A stretch of 64,000 bases of DNA from an uncultured Zetaproteobacteria bacterium (lineage in GTDB: Bacteria; Pseudomonadota; Zetaproteobacteria; Mariprofundales; Mariprofundaceae): assembly GCA_964398225.1 (NCBI GenBank), contig CAYNLY010000001.1, forward strand, positions 16,975-80,974. Reading direction: 5' to 3'. Each line of letters begins with the position of its first letter. The first letter of the stretch is position 1. Below are positions 7,977 through 17,714 of this stretch, piece after piece. The position numbers and the translations under genes are program-made. The notes beneath the pieces were generated by a model. It was not told where the DNA came from. It was given only the letters and a program-made list of their open reading frames with translations, and searched no databases.

Positions 7977-9926
7977 ATGTCCGCTTCATCCCTCAACGAG
8001 GCGCAGTATCGCGCGGTCTTCCATCGTGGCGGGCCGCTCTTGGTGCTGGCGGGCGCGGGCTCGGGCAAGACGCGCGTGATCACCGAGCGGATTGCCGCCT
8101 TGATCGAGCGTGACGTGCCGCCCGATGCGATCACGGCGGTGACCTTCACGAACAAGGCGGCGCGCGAGATGCGGGAGCGGCTCCGGGCACGCCTTGGAGA
8201 GGTGGCGCGCAGGCTCAGGATCTGCACCTTCCACGCGCTGGGGCTGATGATCGTGCGCGAGCATGCGGACCTCGTCGGCAGGCGGCCGAACCTGACGGTG
8301 TTCGGGCCGGCCGAGCAGCGGGGGGCGATGCGGAGCGTGCTAGCGGAGCTGGGCCTTGCCGCCGACGCGGATGCGGTCGCCCGGATGCTGGAGGCGGTCT
8401 CGCGGCGGAAAAACGGTCTGCCGGTGCCGGAACGCGCGAGGGTGGATGAGGTCCGCACGCGCTACGACCGGCTGCTCACCGAAATGAACGCGGTGGATTT
8501 CGACGATCTGATGCTGCTGCCGATCCGGCTGCTCGAGGAGCATGACGAGGTCCGGGCGCTGTGGCGGATGCGGTGCCGTCACTTCCTCGTGGACGAGTAT
8601 CAGGATTCCAGCCGCGTGCAGTACGAGCTGATTCGCTGTCTGGTGCCGCCCGACGGCAACCTGACCGTGGTTGGTGACGACGATCAGTCGATCTACGGCT
8701 GGCGGGGCGCGGAAATCCGGAACCTTTTTGCGCTTGAGCGGGACTATCCGGGACTGACCGTGATCCGGCTCGAAGAAAACTACCGCTCCACCGAAGCCAT
8801 CCTGACTGCGGCGAACAGCCTGATCGAGCACAACGGCGAACGGCTTGGCAAGCGCCTTCGCTCGAATCTGGGGCCCGGCAGGCCGGTCCGCATCTGGGAG
8901 TGTGCGGACGGGGACGAGGAAGCCCGCCGTGTGGCGGCCGACATCCGCGCCCTGCATGCCGGCGGCCGGGCCCGCTGGGATGACTTCTGCGTGCTCTATC
9001 GGGCCTCCCATCAGTCGCGGCCGGTGGAGCGAGCGCTGCGCGAGGCCGGGATTCCCTACCATGTGAGCGGCGGGGTGTCGTTCTTCGACCGGGCCGAGAT
9101 CCAGGATGTTCTCGCCTATCTGCGGCTCATCGCCAACTTCGCCGACGATCTGGCCTTCATGCGCGCCATCGCCCGGCCACGGCGCGGCATCGGCGCACGG
9201 GCTCTGGAAGCGCTGGGCGCTCAGGCCCGGGAGCTTCGGTGTTCGCTGCTGGAAGCCTGTTTGCACGAGGGGCTCGATCACCGCCAGGCCGAAAAGCTCC
9301 GCTCGTTCGGAGAGCTGATCGTCGCGCTCGAGCACCGCTTTCTGCACGGCGAGCCGGACGATGCCTTCGACGCGTTGCTGGCCATGTCGGGCCTAGAGCA
9401 GGCGATCCGCGACGACGCCGCCGATCCTGCCGAGGCCGAGCGCCGGATGGGCAACGTCTTGGATCTGCGCCGGTGGTGGCTGGCCCATGCCCGCGACGGT
9501 GGGGATCTCACCGGTTTTGTGCAGCAGCTCCATCTTCGGAGCGACCGGGACGAGGAGGCGCCGGACGGGCGGGTGCGGCTGATGACCGTGCATGCGGCCA
9601 AAGGGCTGGAGTTCGATCATGTCTACCTGATCGGCATGGAGGACGGCCTGTTTCCGCATCGCAACGCGCTGGACGAGGGACGCATCGAGGAGGAACGCCG
9701 CCTGATGTATGTCGCAATGACCCGGGCCCGGTACCGGCTGACGCTGTCGCTCGCCCGGGTGCGGCGGCGCTACGGCAAGGCCGAGGCGAGCCGGCCATCG
9801 CCGTTTCTGGCCGAGATTGACGATTCGGTGGTGCTCTGGTCGGACCGGGACTCCGGCAGCGAGGCCGCCGCGGAGGAAGCGGAGGAACACATCGAGGCGA
9901 TTCGCCGGATGCTCGGCCTGGCCTGA
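7977..9926 (+). CDS. rep: ATP-dependent DNA helicase, Rep-like (UvrD/Rep family)
   Basis: Walker A AGAGSGKTRV, FTNKAAREM, VDEYQDS, VVGDDDQSIYGWRGA, YRS, and LMTVHAAKGLEFDHVYLIGMEDGLFPH...EEERRLMYVAMTRA. The length (649 aa) and C-terminus resemble Rep more than UvrD. Confidence 0.8.
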   Translation: MSASSLNEAQYRAVFHRGGPLLVLAGAGSGKTRVITERIAALIERDVPPDAITAVTFTNKAAREMRERLRARLGEVARRLRICTFHALGLMIVREHADLVGRRPNLTVFGPAEQRGAMRSVLAELGLAADADAVARMLEAVSRRKNGLPVPERARVDEVRTRYDRLLTEMNAVDFDDLMLLPIRLLEEHDEVRALWRMRCRHFLVDEYQDSSRVQYELIRCLVPPDGNLTVVGDDDQSIYGWRGAEIRNLFALERDYPGLTVIRLEENYRSTEAILTAANSLIEHNGERLGKRLRSNLGPGRPVRIWECADGDEEARRVAADIRALHAGGRARWDDFCVLYRASHQSRPVERALREAGIPYHVSGGVSFFDRAEIQDVLAYLRLIANFADDLAFMRAIARPRRGIGARALEALGAQARELRCSLLEACLHEGLDHRQAEKLRSFGELIVALEHRFLHGEPDDAFDALLAMSGLEQAIRDDAADPAEAERRMGNVLDLRRWWLAHARDGGDLTGFVQQLHLRSDRDEEAPDGRVRLMTVHAAKGLEFDHVYLIGMEDGLFPHRNALDEGRIEEERRLMYVAMTRARYRLTLSLARVRRRYGKAEASRPSPFLAEIDDSVVLWSDRDSGSEAAAEEAEEHIEAIRRMLGLA

Positions 9927-9939
9927 AGGGGTAAGGGCC

Positions 9940-11583
9940 TCAGTCCTCGGAGAAGTCGAAGCCTCGGCTGGTCTTGAGTTCTTCGGCCCGGACGATTTCG
10001 CACAGGCTGTAGTTGGGGCCGGAGCGGATCACGCGTTGCACCTTGAAATGGGCGCTCTTGCCCTCGTGCGAAACGACGAAGGCCATGTTGCGGAAAATCC
10101 TCGGATCCGGGAACAGGGCCAGATGATGCTTTTTCCCGGGCTTGATCAGGATGGGCCAGCTGCGGTGCGCGGTCAGATCGTCGCCGCCGCCGATCAGCGC
10201 GCCCTTGACCAGCTTGTAGCGCTCGCGGATGAACTCGATGCCCATGCGCTGTTCCCCGGGCTTCGGTTCCTTGATCCAGCGGATGAAGCCGAGCATCGGT
10301 TCGCCTTCGTGCGGAATCCAGCTCAGCCCCACAAGCGTGCCCACGCCGGTCGGGAAGCCCTCGAAATGGACGCGCTCCAGTCCCACGCCGTGGTTGCTCA
10401 GGTTCACGACCGACCAGGCCTGTTCGCTCTGGGCCTTGCTCGGCGCATATTCGTAGTCGCTCATGACCAGCGCCGTATAGGCTTCCTTGATCGCCTTGGC
10501 CGCATCCCATTCGAGAATCACGCGGGCGCCGGCCGTGTCCTTGCGCTCGGCCTTGCGCTGCTTCTCGCGCAGCGCGTCGAGAATCGCATTGCCGCCGGTG
10601 AGCGTCGTATAAAGGGATTCCTCGGTGTGCAGATCGCGCTTCTGGGCGTCGATGTTCAGCAGTACGTTCTCAACGCGGTTGACCGCGGTCACGATGCGGT
10701 CGACGAACTCGTCCAGCGGGATCACGATCGCATCATAGATCAGCGGATCCGGGAGGGATTCCATGACTTCGGCCGGCGCGTTGGGCTTGAGCGTGTTCGT
10801 GACCAGAATGGTCGAATCCTTGATCTCGGGCCGCTTGCTGCCTTTGCGCAGAAACATCGGGCGGAGCACGCCGACATGGTGCTGCAACTCTTCCCAGCAC
10901 ATCTTCTGCTCGGCGTGCGATTTGCCGTACATGTCCATGCAGCGCAGCAGTTCGTGGTTGGCCACGGCCTTCTGGACGCGCTCCCGTTCGGCCAGGGCGT
11001 CCTCGCCGAGCACGGGCACGACGCTCAGGCCCAGCCGGGCCAGATCGAACACCTGCCGGGTGGCAATCACGGCCGGTGCCTGATACTGCTCGAGCGAGAT
11101 ACGCAGCAGCTTGACCGCAAGCTCGATGGCATTGGCGACCATGTCGACCAGCACGCGGTAATAGCTCGGCTGACTGCGCGCGGCCTTCTGGACCATCTCG
11201 ATGCCGATCTTGTGCGCGTTCAGAACGGCGGCGGTCATCTCGCCGTCGAACAGCTCGAGCTCGCGCTCGAAGCGGTTGAGCACCTTGAGCCGGAAATGCA
11301 GCGGAATCAGCGGGTTCGCATTGAGCCGGGCCAGGTAGTTCTTCATCTTCTTGCGCAGCAGCTCGGTTTCGGCCTCGGAAGCGCCGGCGATGTAGCGGGC
11401 CAGATGCTTCTCGATGTCGACGAACGGCAGCGTCAGGGCATCGGTCAGAAGCTCGGGCTTGCCGAGTTCAAGCTTCGACGGATGCAGCCTGAGATCGGTG
11501 TCCAGCTCGAAGTTGACCGTTTCCAGCAGCTTCTTCGCAGATTCGTCCGGAATCCCGTTGCTCACGTGTTTCACATCCTCCAT
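9940..11583 (-). CDS. hypothetical protein with a PilZ-like C-terminal beta-barrel (candidate c-di-GMP receptor)
   Basis: 547 aa. The N-terminal part (about 330 aa) is helical. The C-terminus has RKAER ... VVNLSNHGVGLERV ... GFIRWIKEPKPGEQRMGIEFI, which resembles the PilZ RxxxR / (D/N)xSxxG motifs and fold. Composition is normal, unlike the antisense ORF 9817-11610. Confidence 0.55.
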   Translation of the reverse strand: MEDVKHVSNGIPDESAKKLLETVNFELDTDLRLHPSKLELGKPELLTDALTLPFVDIEKHLARYIAGASEAETELLRKKMKNYLARLNANPLIPLHFRLKVLNRFERELELFDGEMTAAVLNAHKIGIEMVQKAARSQPSYYRVLVDMVANAIELAVKLLRISLEQYQAPAVIATRQVFDLARLGLSVVPVLGEDALAERERVQKAVANHELLRCMDMYGKSHAEQKMCWEELQHHVGVLRPMFLRKGSKRPEIKDSTILVTNTLKPNAPAEVMESLPDPLIYDAIVIPLDEFVDRIVTAVNRVENVLLNIDAQKRDLHTEESLYTTLTGGNAILDALREKQRKAERKDTAGARVILEWDAAKAIKEAYTALVMSDYEYAPSKAQSEQAWSVVNLSNHGVGLERVHFEGFPTGVGTLVGLSWIPHEGEPMLGFIRWIKEPKPGEQRMGIEFIRERYKLVKGALIGGGDDLTAHRSWPILIKPGKKHHLALFPDPRIFRNMAFVVSHEGKSAHFKVQRVIRSGPNYSLCEIVRAEELKTSRGFDFSED

Positions 11584-11610
11584 GACCGGTCGGGCACCGG
11601 CTCAAACTGA

Positions 11611-11639
11611 TTGATAGATGCCCTGAGGCCCGATGTCAA
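11611..11639 (-). promoter_or_regulatory. putative sigma-70 promoter for the 547-aa PilZ-like gene
   Basis: On the minus strand: TTGACA (11639-11634), a 17-nt spacer, then TATCAA (11616-11611). The -10 element ends about 27 nt upstream of the ATG at 11583. Confidence 0.45.
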
Positions 11640-11652
11640 AGGATGGATGGAG

Positions 11653-13053
11653 CTATTCTCCGGTCCGGATGCGCTCGATCAGCTGCCGGACGGTCGGAAT
11701 GAATCCGTTGGCGTAGAACGGATCCTCGGCAAAGCGGTAGGCGATGTGCCCGGCGAACATCAGGTTCCGGTCCGGATCGCCGCCGTGGGCGATGTCCTGC
11801 AACGTCTTCTGGATGCAGAAACTGCGCGGATCGGCCTTGCGCCCGGTCGTGCCGCGCTCGTTCGCCGCCCAGTTCGAGAACAGGCACTGGGACAGACAGC
11901 CCATGCAGTCCAGCTGGTCCTGCCGGATCTCCCGGGCCTTTTCGGGCGTGACGAAGATCAGCGTCGAGTCCGGAGTGGGCAGGGCCTTCGTGCGCCCCTC
12001 GCGGATGTATTCCCTGGCGCGCTTCAGGTCGGTCCGGGTGAGGTACACGGTCTTGTGGCGCACACCGAAGGTGAACGGCTCGGTGTGCTCGCCCGCCGGG
12101 TGGTCGGTGTAGGCCATCTCGGTGTCGGAGCGCTCGTACAGCTCGTGCAGGAAGCTGTTGTAGACGGCCGAGGAATAGAAACCGGTCGGCGAGAAACGGT
12201 TCAGGCGGATGTCGCCGGGCTTCAGTTTCAGCAGCCGCTGCTTCCATGCATCCGAGATCGGGCTTTCCTTGGTGAGCAGGGGTCGGGTGCCGAACTGGAA
12301 CGCGATCGGTCCGATCTCCGGATTGTCGATCCAGTCCTGCCACTCCTTCAGCCACCAGACTCCGCCGGCCATGATGATCGGCACGCGCTCAAGGCCGAAC
12401 TCGTTCATCGTTTTCCTGAGCAGCGCCACACGCGGGTAGGGCGGCTCGGGATGCTCGGGGTCCTCACTGTTGGACAGCCCGTTGTGGCCGCCGGCGCGCC
12501 AGGGATCCTCGTAGACGACGCCGCCCAGCCATTCCGGATACTTGCGGTAGGAACGCAGCCACAGGGCGCGGAAGGCGCGCGCCGAGGAGACGATCGGGTA
12601 GTAGTAGACGCGGTAGCGCGCGGCAAGCGGCGCAAGCCGGAACGGCATGCCCGCCCCGCAGGTGATGCCGTGGATCAGCCCCCGGGCGCCTTCCATCACG
12701 CCTTCCAGCACGCGCTCCGCACCGCCCATTTCCCAGAGCACGTTCATGTGAATCCGCCCTTCGCCGCCGGAAAGCTCGTGGGCGATCTTCGCCTGGCTGA
12801 TGCCGCCCTCGATGGCCTGGCTTACGAGCTCCTCGAAGCGCTCCTTGCGGGTCCGGCCGTGGTAGACGTTGCGCTGAATCGTGCCATCCGGCAGCACCTT
12901 GTCCGCATTCACCGCGGAAAACGTGCCCACGCCGCCGGCGGCCGCCCAGGCGCCGGAGCTTTCGCCGTTGGATACGCCGATGCCCTTGCCTCCCTCGACG
13001 AGCGGAAGCACTTCCTTTCCGGAAAGCTCGATGGAAGGCAGCCGAAAGCCCAT
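11653..13053 (-). CDS. nitronate monooxygenase / NAD(P)H-dependent flavin oxidoreductase family protein
   Basis: Start trimmed to ATG 13053, preceded by a GGAGG site (CAGGAGGC). The N-terminus PLVEGGKGIGVSNGESSGAWAAAGGVGTFS and the block GITCGAGMP are typical of the NMO (2-nitropropane dioxygenase-like) TIM-barrel family. Confidence 0.7.
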   Translation of the reverse strand: MGFRLPSIELSGKEVLPLVEGGKGIGVSNGESSGAWAAAGGVGTFSAVNADKVLPDGTIQRNVYHGRTRKERFEELVSQAIEGGISQAKIAHELSGGEGRIHMNVLWEMGGAERVLEGVMEGARGLIHGITCGAGMPFRLAPLAARYRVYYYPIVSSARAFRALWLRSYRKYPEWLGGVVYEDPWRAGGHNGLSNSEDPEHPEPPYPRVALLRKTMNEFGLERVPIIMAGGVWWLKEWQDWIDNPEIGPIAFQFGTRPLLTKESPISDAWKQRLLKLKPGDIRLNRFSPTGFYSSAVYNSFLHELYERSDTEMAYTDHPAGEHTEPFTFGVRHKTVYLTRTDLKRAREYIREGRTKALPTPDSTLIFVTPEKAREIRQDQLDCMGCLSQCLFSNWAANERGTTGRKADPRSFCIQKTLQDIAHGGDPDRNLMFAGHIAYRFAEDPFYANGFIPTVRQLIERIRTGE

Positions 13054-13182
13054 GGAACGCGCCTCCTGACAGCACGGATGCCGGCCGGAACCCATGTCCG
13101 CATAAACCCCGGCCGCTGGAATCGCGGACGCTAGCAAGCGCGCCGCGCTAGGCCAACCGGGGCCTGACGCTACAATGCCGCC

Positions 13183-14319
13183 ATGGGGCGCCATGTCTGT
13201 CACGCCACCGTGCTTCCGGGCCTGGAGAAGCTCGCGCAACTGGAGCTTGGGGCCATGGCGGTCGATGCCGACGCGCACGAGGGATTCCTGCGCTTTTCGG
13301 CAACCGACGCCCAGCTGTATCGCCTTCACCTTCGTTCCCGGCTGCTCACACGCGTGTTTGTGCGCGTCGGCGGGTTTGAGGCACGAACATGGTCCGAACT
13401 TGCGGCGGGGCTCCGATCGCTTGATTGGCCGCGCTATCTCCCCGAGCGGGCTGCGCTATGCGTCGAGGTGATCTGCAGGCGCTCGCGGTGGCGGCATACC
13501 GGTCGCATCGCCGAAGCTGCGGCCGAGGCGCTTGGGCGCAGTCTCCACAACGGCGCCGAAGCGGACGGCGCGCGGGTTGCCCGCATTCAGCTGAGGATCG
13601 AGGGACCGCGCGTGACGGCCCGGGTGGATGCGAGCGGCGAGCGGCTGGACCGGCGGGGATACCGGCGCCGGACCGGCCCCGCCCCGATGCGTCCGACGCT
13701 TGCGGCCGGCGTGCTCGCCGCCGCCGGATGGCGCGGCGACGCTCCGCTGATCGTGCCGATGTGCGGCAGCGGCACGCTGGCCATCGAGGCGGCAATGATT
13801 GCGGCCCGCTTAAGCCCCGGACTCGGGCGGGATTTCGCGCTGATGCACTGGCCCGGATTCCGGCCGAAGGTGTTCGCGCGCGAACGGGAAAAGGCGGAAG
13901 GGATGGTCGTTCGAAGCGCCCGTCCCGTGGTTGAGGCGAGCGATATCGATGCGCGCATCCTTGAATCTGCGAGGCTCAACGCGGAATCGGCCGGGGTTGA
14001 GGGCCGGATTGCATGGAGCGTGGCCGATTTCTTCGCTCTCAGGCCCGCAGGCGCGGGCGGCCTTGTCGTGCTGAATCCGCCCTACGGGCGGCGCCTGCGG
14101 GTGGCCGTCCGGCAATTCTACGGACGCATCGGGCGGCATCTGCGCACGGCTTTTGCGGGCTGGCGGGCGATCGTGCTCTGTCCAGATGCGGCCGCTCGGG
14201 AGGCGCTGGGTAAAGGCGCCGGCAACGCGCTGCTTCGCGCGCGCCATGGAGGGCGGTGGGTTGAGGCCGTGGCGCTCCGCCCCGTGTCGGAGGATGCGGA
14301 GGGCGGCCCGTGCCGCTAG
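13183..14319 (+). CDS. THUMP-domain class I SAM-dependent RNA methyltransferase (RlmL/COG0116-like)
   Basis: THUMP-like N-terminus, SAM-binding loop PMCGSGTLAIEA, and catalytic VLNPPYG(RR) motif. Confidence 0.75.
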   Translation: MGRHVCHATVLPGLEKLAQLELGAMAVDADAHEGFLRFSATDAQLYRLHLRSRLLTRVFVRVGGFEARTWSELAAGLRSLDWPRYLPERAALCVEVICRRSRWRHTGRIAEAAAEALGRSLHNGAEADGARVARIQLRIEGPRVTARVDASGERLDRRGYRRRTGPAPMRPTLAAGVLAAAGWRGDAPLIVPMCGSGTLAIEAAMIAARLSPGLGRDFALMHWPGFRPKVFAREREKAEGMVVRSARPVVEASDIDARILESARLNAESAGVEGRIAWSVADFFALRPAGAGGLVVLNPPYGRRLRVAVRQFYGRIGRHLRTAFAGWRAIVLCPDAAAREALGKGAGNALLRARHGGRWVEAVALRPVSEDAEGGPCR

Positions 14320-14331
14320 GCTGGCCCGGTC

Positions 14332-16224
14332 ATGGCGGATTCGGAACAGGCGTTGAACGGACTTAAGCTTCCTTCCCCTCCGGAAGGCTGGCGCGCGCCC
14401 GCCATGTGGCTTGCGCTGACGCCGCTCGTGTTCCTGCTTCCGATCCTGAATCTGCGTGTCTTTCCCTTTGTTGCGCCCAACGAGGAGCCGAAATGGGCCG
14501 CGCTCGTGCTCTGCGGCCTGGCCATGGGCCTGCTGTTTGCGGCTTCGATCTGGCGGGATCGGGGTTTGCGTCCGGGGTTTTCCTGGCCGGCGGCCGGGCT
14601 TTCGCTCTTTTTCGTCATTCTGTTCGTCGGCGTCTGGATCGGTCCGAACACGGTCGAGGGTCTGATCCGCTTTGCCTTCTGGCTGGCAAGCCTCGGTGTC
14701 TGGCTGGTGGCGGTCTGGGCCTGGCGCGCGAATCCCGCCTGGCGCGACTGGCTGGCCTGGGCGGTGACGGTTGCCGCGGCGGTGTTTTCCCTGCGCTACT
14801 GGTGGGGCTACGTGATCGACTACGGCAAACCGGGCTACAACGTCAGCGTGCTGTTCTCGCCGATCGGGCATGTGAACTTTACGGGCGACGTGCTCGTGAT
14901 GCTCGTGCCGATGCTGATGTGGCTGCTGCTCTTCTTCACGCATCCCGTGGCCCGGGTGCTGAACTGGTTTTCGGTGTTCACCACCGTCACCGTGCTGCTC
15001 GTGGCGGCCTCCCGCGGCGCCTTGGGCGGCATGGTTCTGGGCCTGGTTGCGATGCTTGCCGCGCTTGCGCCGCATCTTGCGCGCCTGCGCGCCGGGATCC
15101 CGCCCTTTCCGAAGGGCTGGATGCCTGCGTTCTGGCTGGGCTCGGCCCTGATCACGGCCGCCGCGGTCAACGCGATGCTGCCCTATCATTACCGGGATCT
15201 CGTTCGGGTGTCCGCCACCCTGGGCGCCGCCGCCGAGGTGCCCGAGCAGGTGACCCTCACACCGGGCGCGCCGCAGCCTCCGCTTGCCGAGTTCTGGGCG
15301 AAGACTTCACCGATTCTGACGACGCGAACGCCGATGTATGCCAGCGCTCTGGCGATGGCGCTGGATGCGCCCTGGCTGGGGCAGGGCACCGGAAACTTCT
15401 ACATCGTCTACCCTGACTGGAGCAACCGCTTTCCGGACTTCCGCGATCCGCTGAGCAACGACCGGACCTTCACGACCAATCCGCACAACGTCGTGCTCCA
15501 GATCGCAACGCAGAACGGATTTCCGGCGACGGTGCTCTTTCTCGCGCTGCTTGCAACATTCTGGCTCAGGCTTGTCGTTGCCGTGTGGCGTCGGGGCGAT
15601 GCCTGGCACGCCGCCGGCCTGATGGCGCTCACCGCCGCAATCTTCGATGCGATGTTCAACCATGTGTTTTTCAATCCGGCCTCGATGTTCACCTTCGCGC
15701 TGCTCGGGGGCGCATGGTGGGCGTCGCTGGAGCCGATGCGCGCGGCACATTTGTCGCTTCCGTCGCCGAAGGTGGCGGCAGCGCTCATCGGACTTGCCAC
15801 GGTGGCGCTCAGCATCTGGCCGCTTCGCTGGGTGGCCAGCGAATGGCATGTGGGCCGGGCGATGGCCATGGCCCGCGCCCCCCAGCTGGCCGCGGCCGAA
15901 TACCGCCGCGCCTATGCGCTCGATCCCTACAACTTCCGCGCCGTGTTCGGGATGATGAGCACGGCCTACATGCAGCGCCGGTTCGACGAGGCGCTGCGGT
16001 ACGGGCTTGAGTTCCAGCGGATCTATCCCTTCAACCCGCCGGCGCTGAACCTCTTGGGCGCGATCTACCTGATGAAGGGGGATCTTCATCGGGCGGAGGC
16101 CACGTTCCGCGAGGCGCTCCGGGTGCTGCCCGGCTACGAGATGGCCGAGCAGAACCTGAAGCGGGTGCTTGCCCTCAAGCGCCCGCGCGCGCCCGCGCCG
16201 GACTACTTGAGAAAGCGCAGATAG
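14332..16224 (+). CDS. O-antigen ligase (Wzy_C) family membrane protein with C-terminal TPR repeats
   Basis: About 10-12 TM segments. The Wzy_C-type loop is SRGALGGMVLGL ... TTNPHNVVLQIATQNGFPATVLFL. The C-terminal soluble region has TPR-like repeats (AEYRRAYALDPYNFRAVFGM..., LNLLGAIYLMKGDLHRAEATFREALRVLPGY). Confidence 0.75.
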   Translation: MADSEQALNGLKLPSPPEGWRAPAMWLALTPLVFLLPILNLRVFPFVAPNEEPKWAALVLCGLAMGLLFAASIWRDRGLRPGFSWPAAGLSLFFVILFVGVWIGPNTVEGLIRFAFWLASLGVWLVAVWAWRANPAWRDWLAWAVTVAAAVFSLRYWWGYVIDYGKPGYNVSVLFSPIGHVNFTGDVLVMLVPMLMWLLLFFTHPVARVLNWFSVFTTVTVLLVAASRGALGGMVLGLVAMLAALAPHLARLRAGIPPFPKGWMPAFWLGSALITAAAVNAMLPYHYRDLVRVSATLGAAAEVPEQVTLTPGAPQPPLAEFWAKTSPILTTRTPMYASALAMALDAPWLGQGTGNFYIVYPDWSNRFPDFRDPLSNDRTFTTNPHNVVLQIATQNGFPATVLFLALLATFWLRLVVAVWRRGDAWHAAGLMALTAAIFDAMFNHVFFNPASMFTFALLGGAWWASLEPMRAAHLSLPSPKVAAALIGLATVALSIWPLRWVASEWHVGRAMAMARAPQLAAAEYRRAYALDPYNFRAVFGMMSTAYMQRRFDEALRYGLEFQRIYPFNPPALNLLGAIYLMKGDLHRAEATFREALRVLPGYEMAEQNLKRVLALKRPRAPAPDYLRKRR

Positions 16225-17714
16225 GCCGGATTGCCCGTCTCCTCCACGTAGGGGAAGCCGAGTCCCTTCAGATAGCGCTCGAAGGCATCCCGCTCCCCGG
16301 GCGGCACCTCGAGCCCCGCCAGCACCCGGCCGAAGGCCGCGCCGTGGTTGCGGTAGTGGAACAGCGAGATGTTCCAGCGCCCGGCCGCCCGGGTCAGAAA
16401 CTCGAGCAGGGCGCCCGGCCGCTCGGGAAACTCGAAGCGGTACAGCACCTCATGCTTAACGAGCGGCGCATGCCCGCCGACCATGTGCCGGATGTGCAGC
16501 TTGGCAAGCTCGTTGTCGTGCAGGTCGATCACCGAAAGCCCCGCCCGCACCATCCGCTCGCGCAGCTCGTGGCGCTCCTGTTCGCCCTCGATCGTCACCC
16601 CGACGAAGACATGCGCCTCGTCCCGGGATGAGAGCCGGTAGTTGAACTCGGTGATGTTGCGCTCCCCGATCAGGCGGCAGAACTCGAGAAACGAGCCCGG
16701 GCGCTCGGGAATCGTCACCGCGAAGAGCGCCTCGCGGCCTTCGCCCATCTCGGTGCGCTCGGCGACATGCCGGAGACGGTCGAAGTTCATGTTCGCGCCG
16801 CTGTTGATGCAGACGAACACCCGCCCCCGTTCCTGGATCCGTCGGGCGTATTTCTTCATTCCGGCCACGGCCAGAGCGCCGGCCGGCTCGACGATCGTCC
16901 GGTTGTCCTCGTAGATGTCCTTGATCGCCGCGCAGATCTCGTCGGTATCCACGAGCAGGATTTCGTCCACGTAGCGCCGGGCGAGATCGAAGGTGTGCCT
17001 GCCCACCTGTTTGACCGCCACGCCGTCAGCGAAGATCCCGACATGGTCGAGCCGGATGCGTCGCCCCGCGCGCAGCGAATCGTGCATCGCCGCCGAATCC
17101 GTCGGCTCCACCCCGATCACGCGCGTGTTCGGGGACATATGCTTGATGTAGACGGCCATGCCCCCGATCAGTCCGCCGCCGCCGACCGGCACGAACACCG
17201 CGTCGATGTCGTTCGCGCACTGGCGGAGCACCTCCTCGGCGATCGTGCCCTGGCCCGCGATGACCAGCGGGTCGTCGTAGGGATGCACGAACACCCGGCC
17301 TTCCTCGGCGCAGAGCTTTTTCGCATGTTCGCTCGCATCCGAATACGAGTCGCCGGCGAGCACGACGCGCGCGCCCATCCGCTCGACCGCCTGAACCTTG
17401 ATCGGCGGCGTCGTGCGCGGCATGACGATCGTGGCGGCAATGCCCAGCCGGTGGCTGGCCAGCGCCACGCCCTGGGCATGGTTGCCGGCGGATGCGCAGA
17501 TCACGCCTTGCGCGCGTTCCCGCTCGCCGAGCTGCGCGATGCGGTTGTAGGCGCCGCGCAGCTTGAACGAAAACACCGGCTGCAGGTCTTCGCGCTTGAA
17601 GAGCACCTCGTGGTTGAGCCGGGCCGAAAGCTTCGGCGCAAGCTCAAGCGGCGTTTCGATTGCGACGTCGTAGACACGTGCGTGTTCGATGGCTTGCAGG
17701 TAGAAATCGCTCAT
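16203..17714 (-). CDS. ilvA: biosynthetic threonine ammonia-lyase (threonine dehydratase)
   Basis: PLP lysine motif FSFKLRGAYN, ASAGNHAQGVA, and two C-terminal ACT-like regulatory repeats. Collinear with E. coli IlvA. Confidence 0.93.
   Translation of the reverse strand: MSDFYLQAIEHARVYDVAIETPLELAPKLSARLNHEVLFKREDLQPVFSFKLRGAYNRIAQLGERERAQGVICASAGNHAQGVALASHRLGIAATIVMPRTTPPIKVQAVERMGARVVLAGDSYSDASEHAKKLCAEEGRVFVHPYDDPLVIAGQGTIAEEVLRQCANDIDAVFVPVGGGGLIGGMAVYIKHMSPNTRVIGVEPTDSAAMHDSLRAGRRIRLDHVGIFADGVAVKQVGRHTFDLARRYVDEILLVDTDEICAAIKDIYEDNRTIVEPAGALAVAGMKKYARRIQERGRVFVCINSGANMNFDRLRHVAERTEMGEGREALFAVTIPERPGSFLEFCRLIGERNITEFNYRLSSRDEAHVFVGVTIEGEQERHELRERMVRAGLSVIDLHDNELAKLHIRHMVGGHAPLVKHEVLYRFEFPERPGALLEFLTRAAGRWNISLFHYRNHGAAFGRVLAGLEVPPGERDAFERYLKGLGFPYVEETGNPAYLRFLK

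Noticed and set aside
9817-11610. 597-aa plus-strand ORF antisense to the PilZ-like gene.
   Set aside because: The minus-strand product has balanced composition (Lys/Glu/Leu/Ile), a promoter and a start context. The plus-strand product is Arg/His/Gly-rich and overlaps the end of rep.
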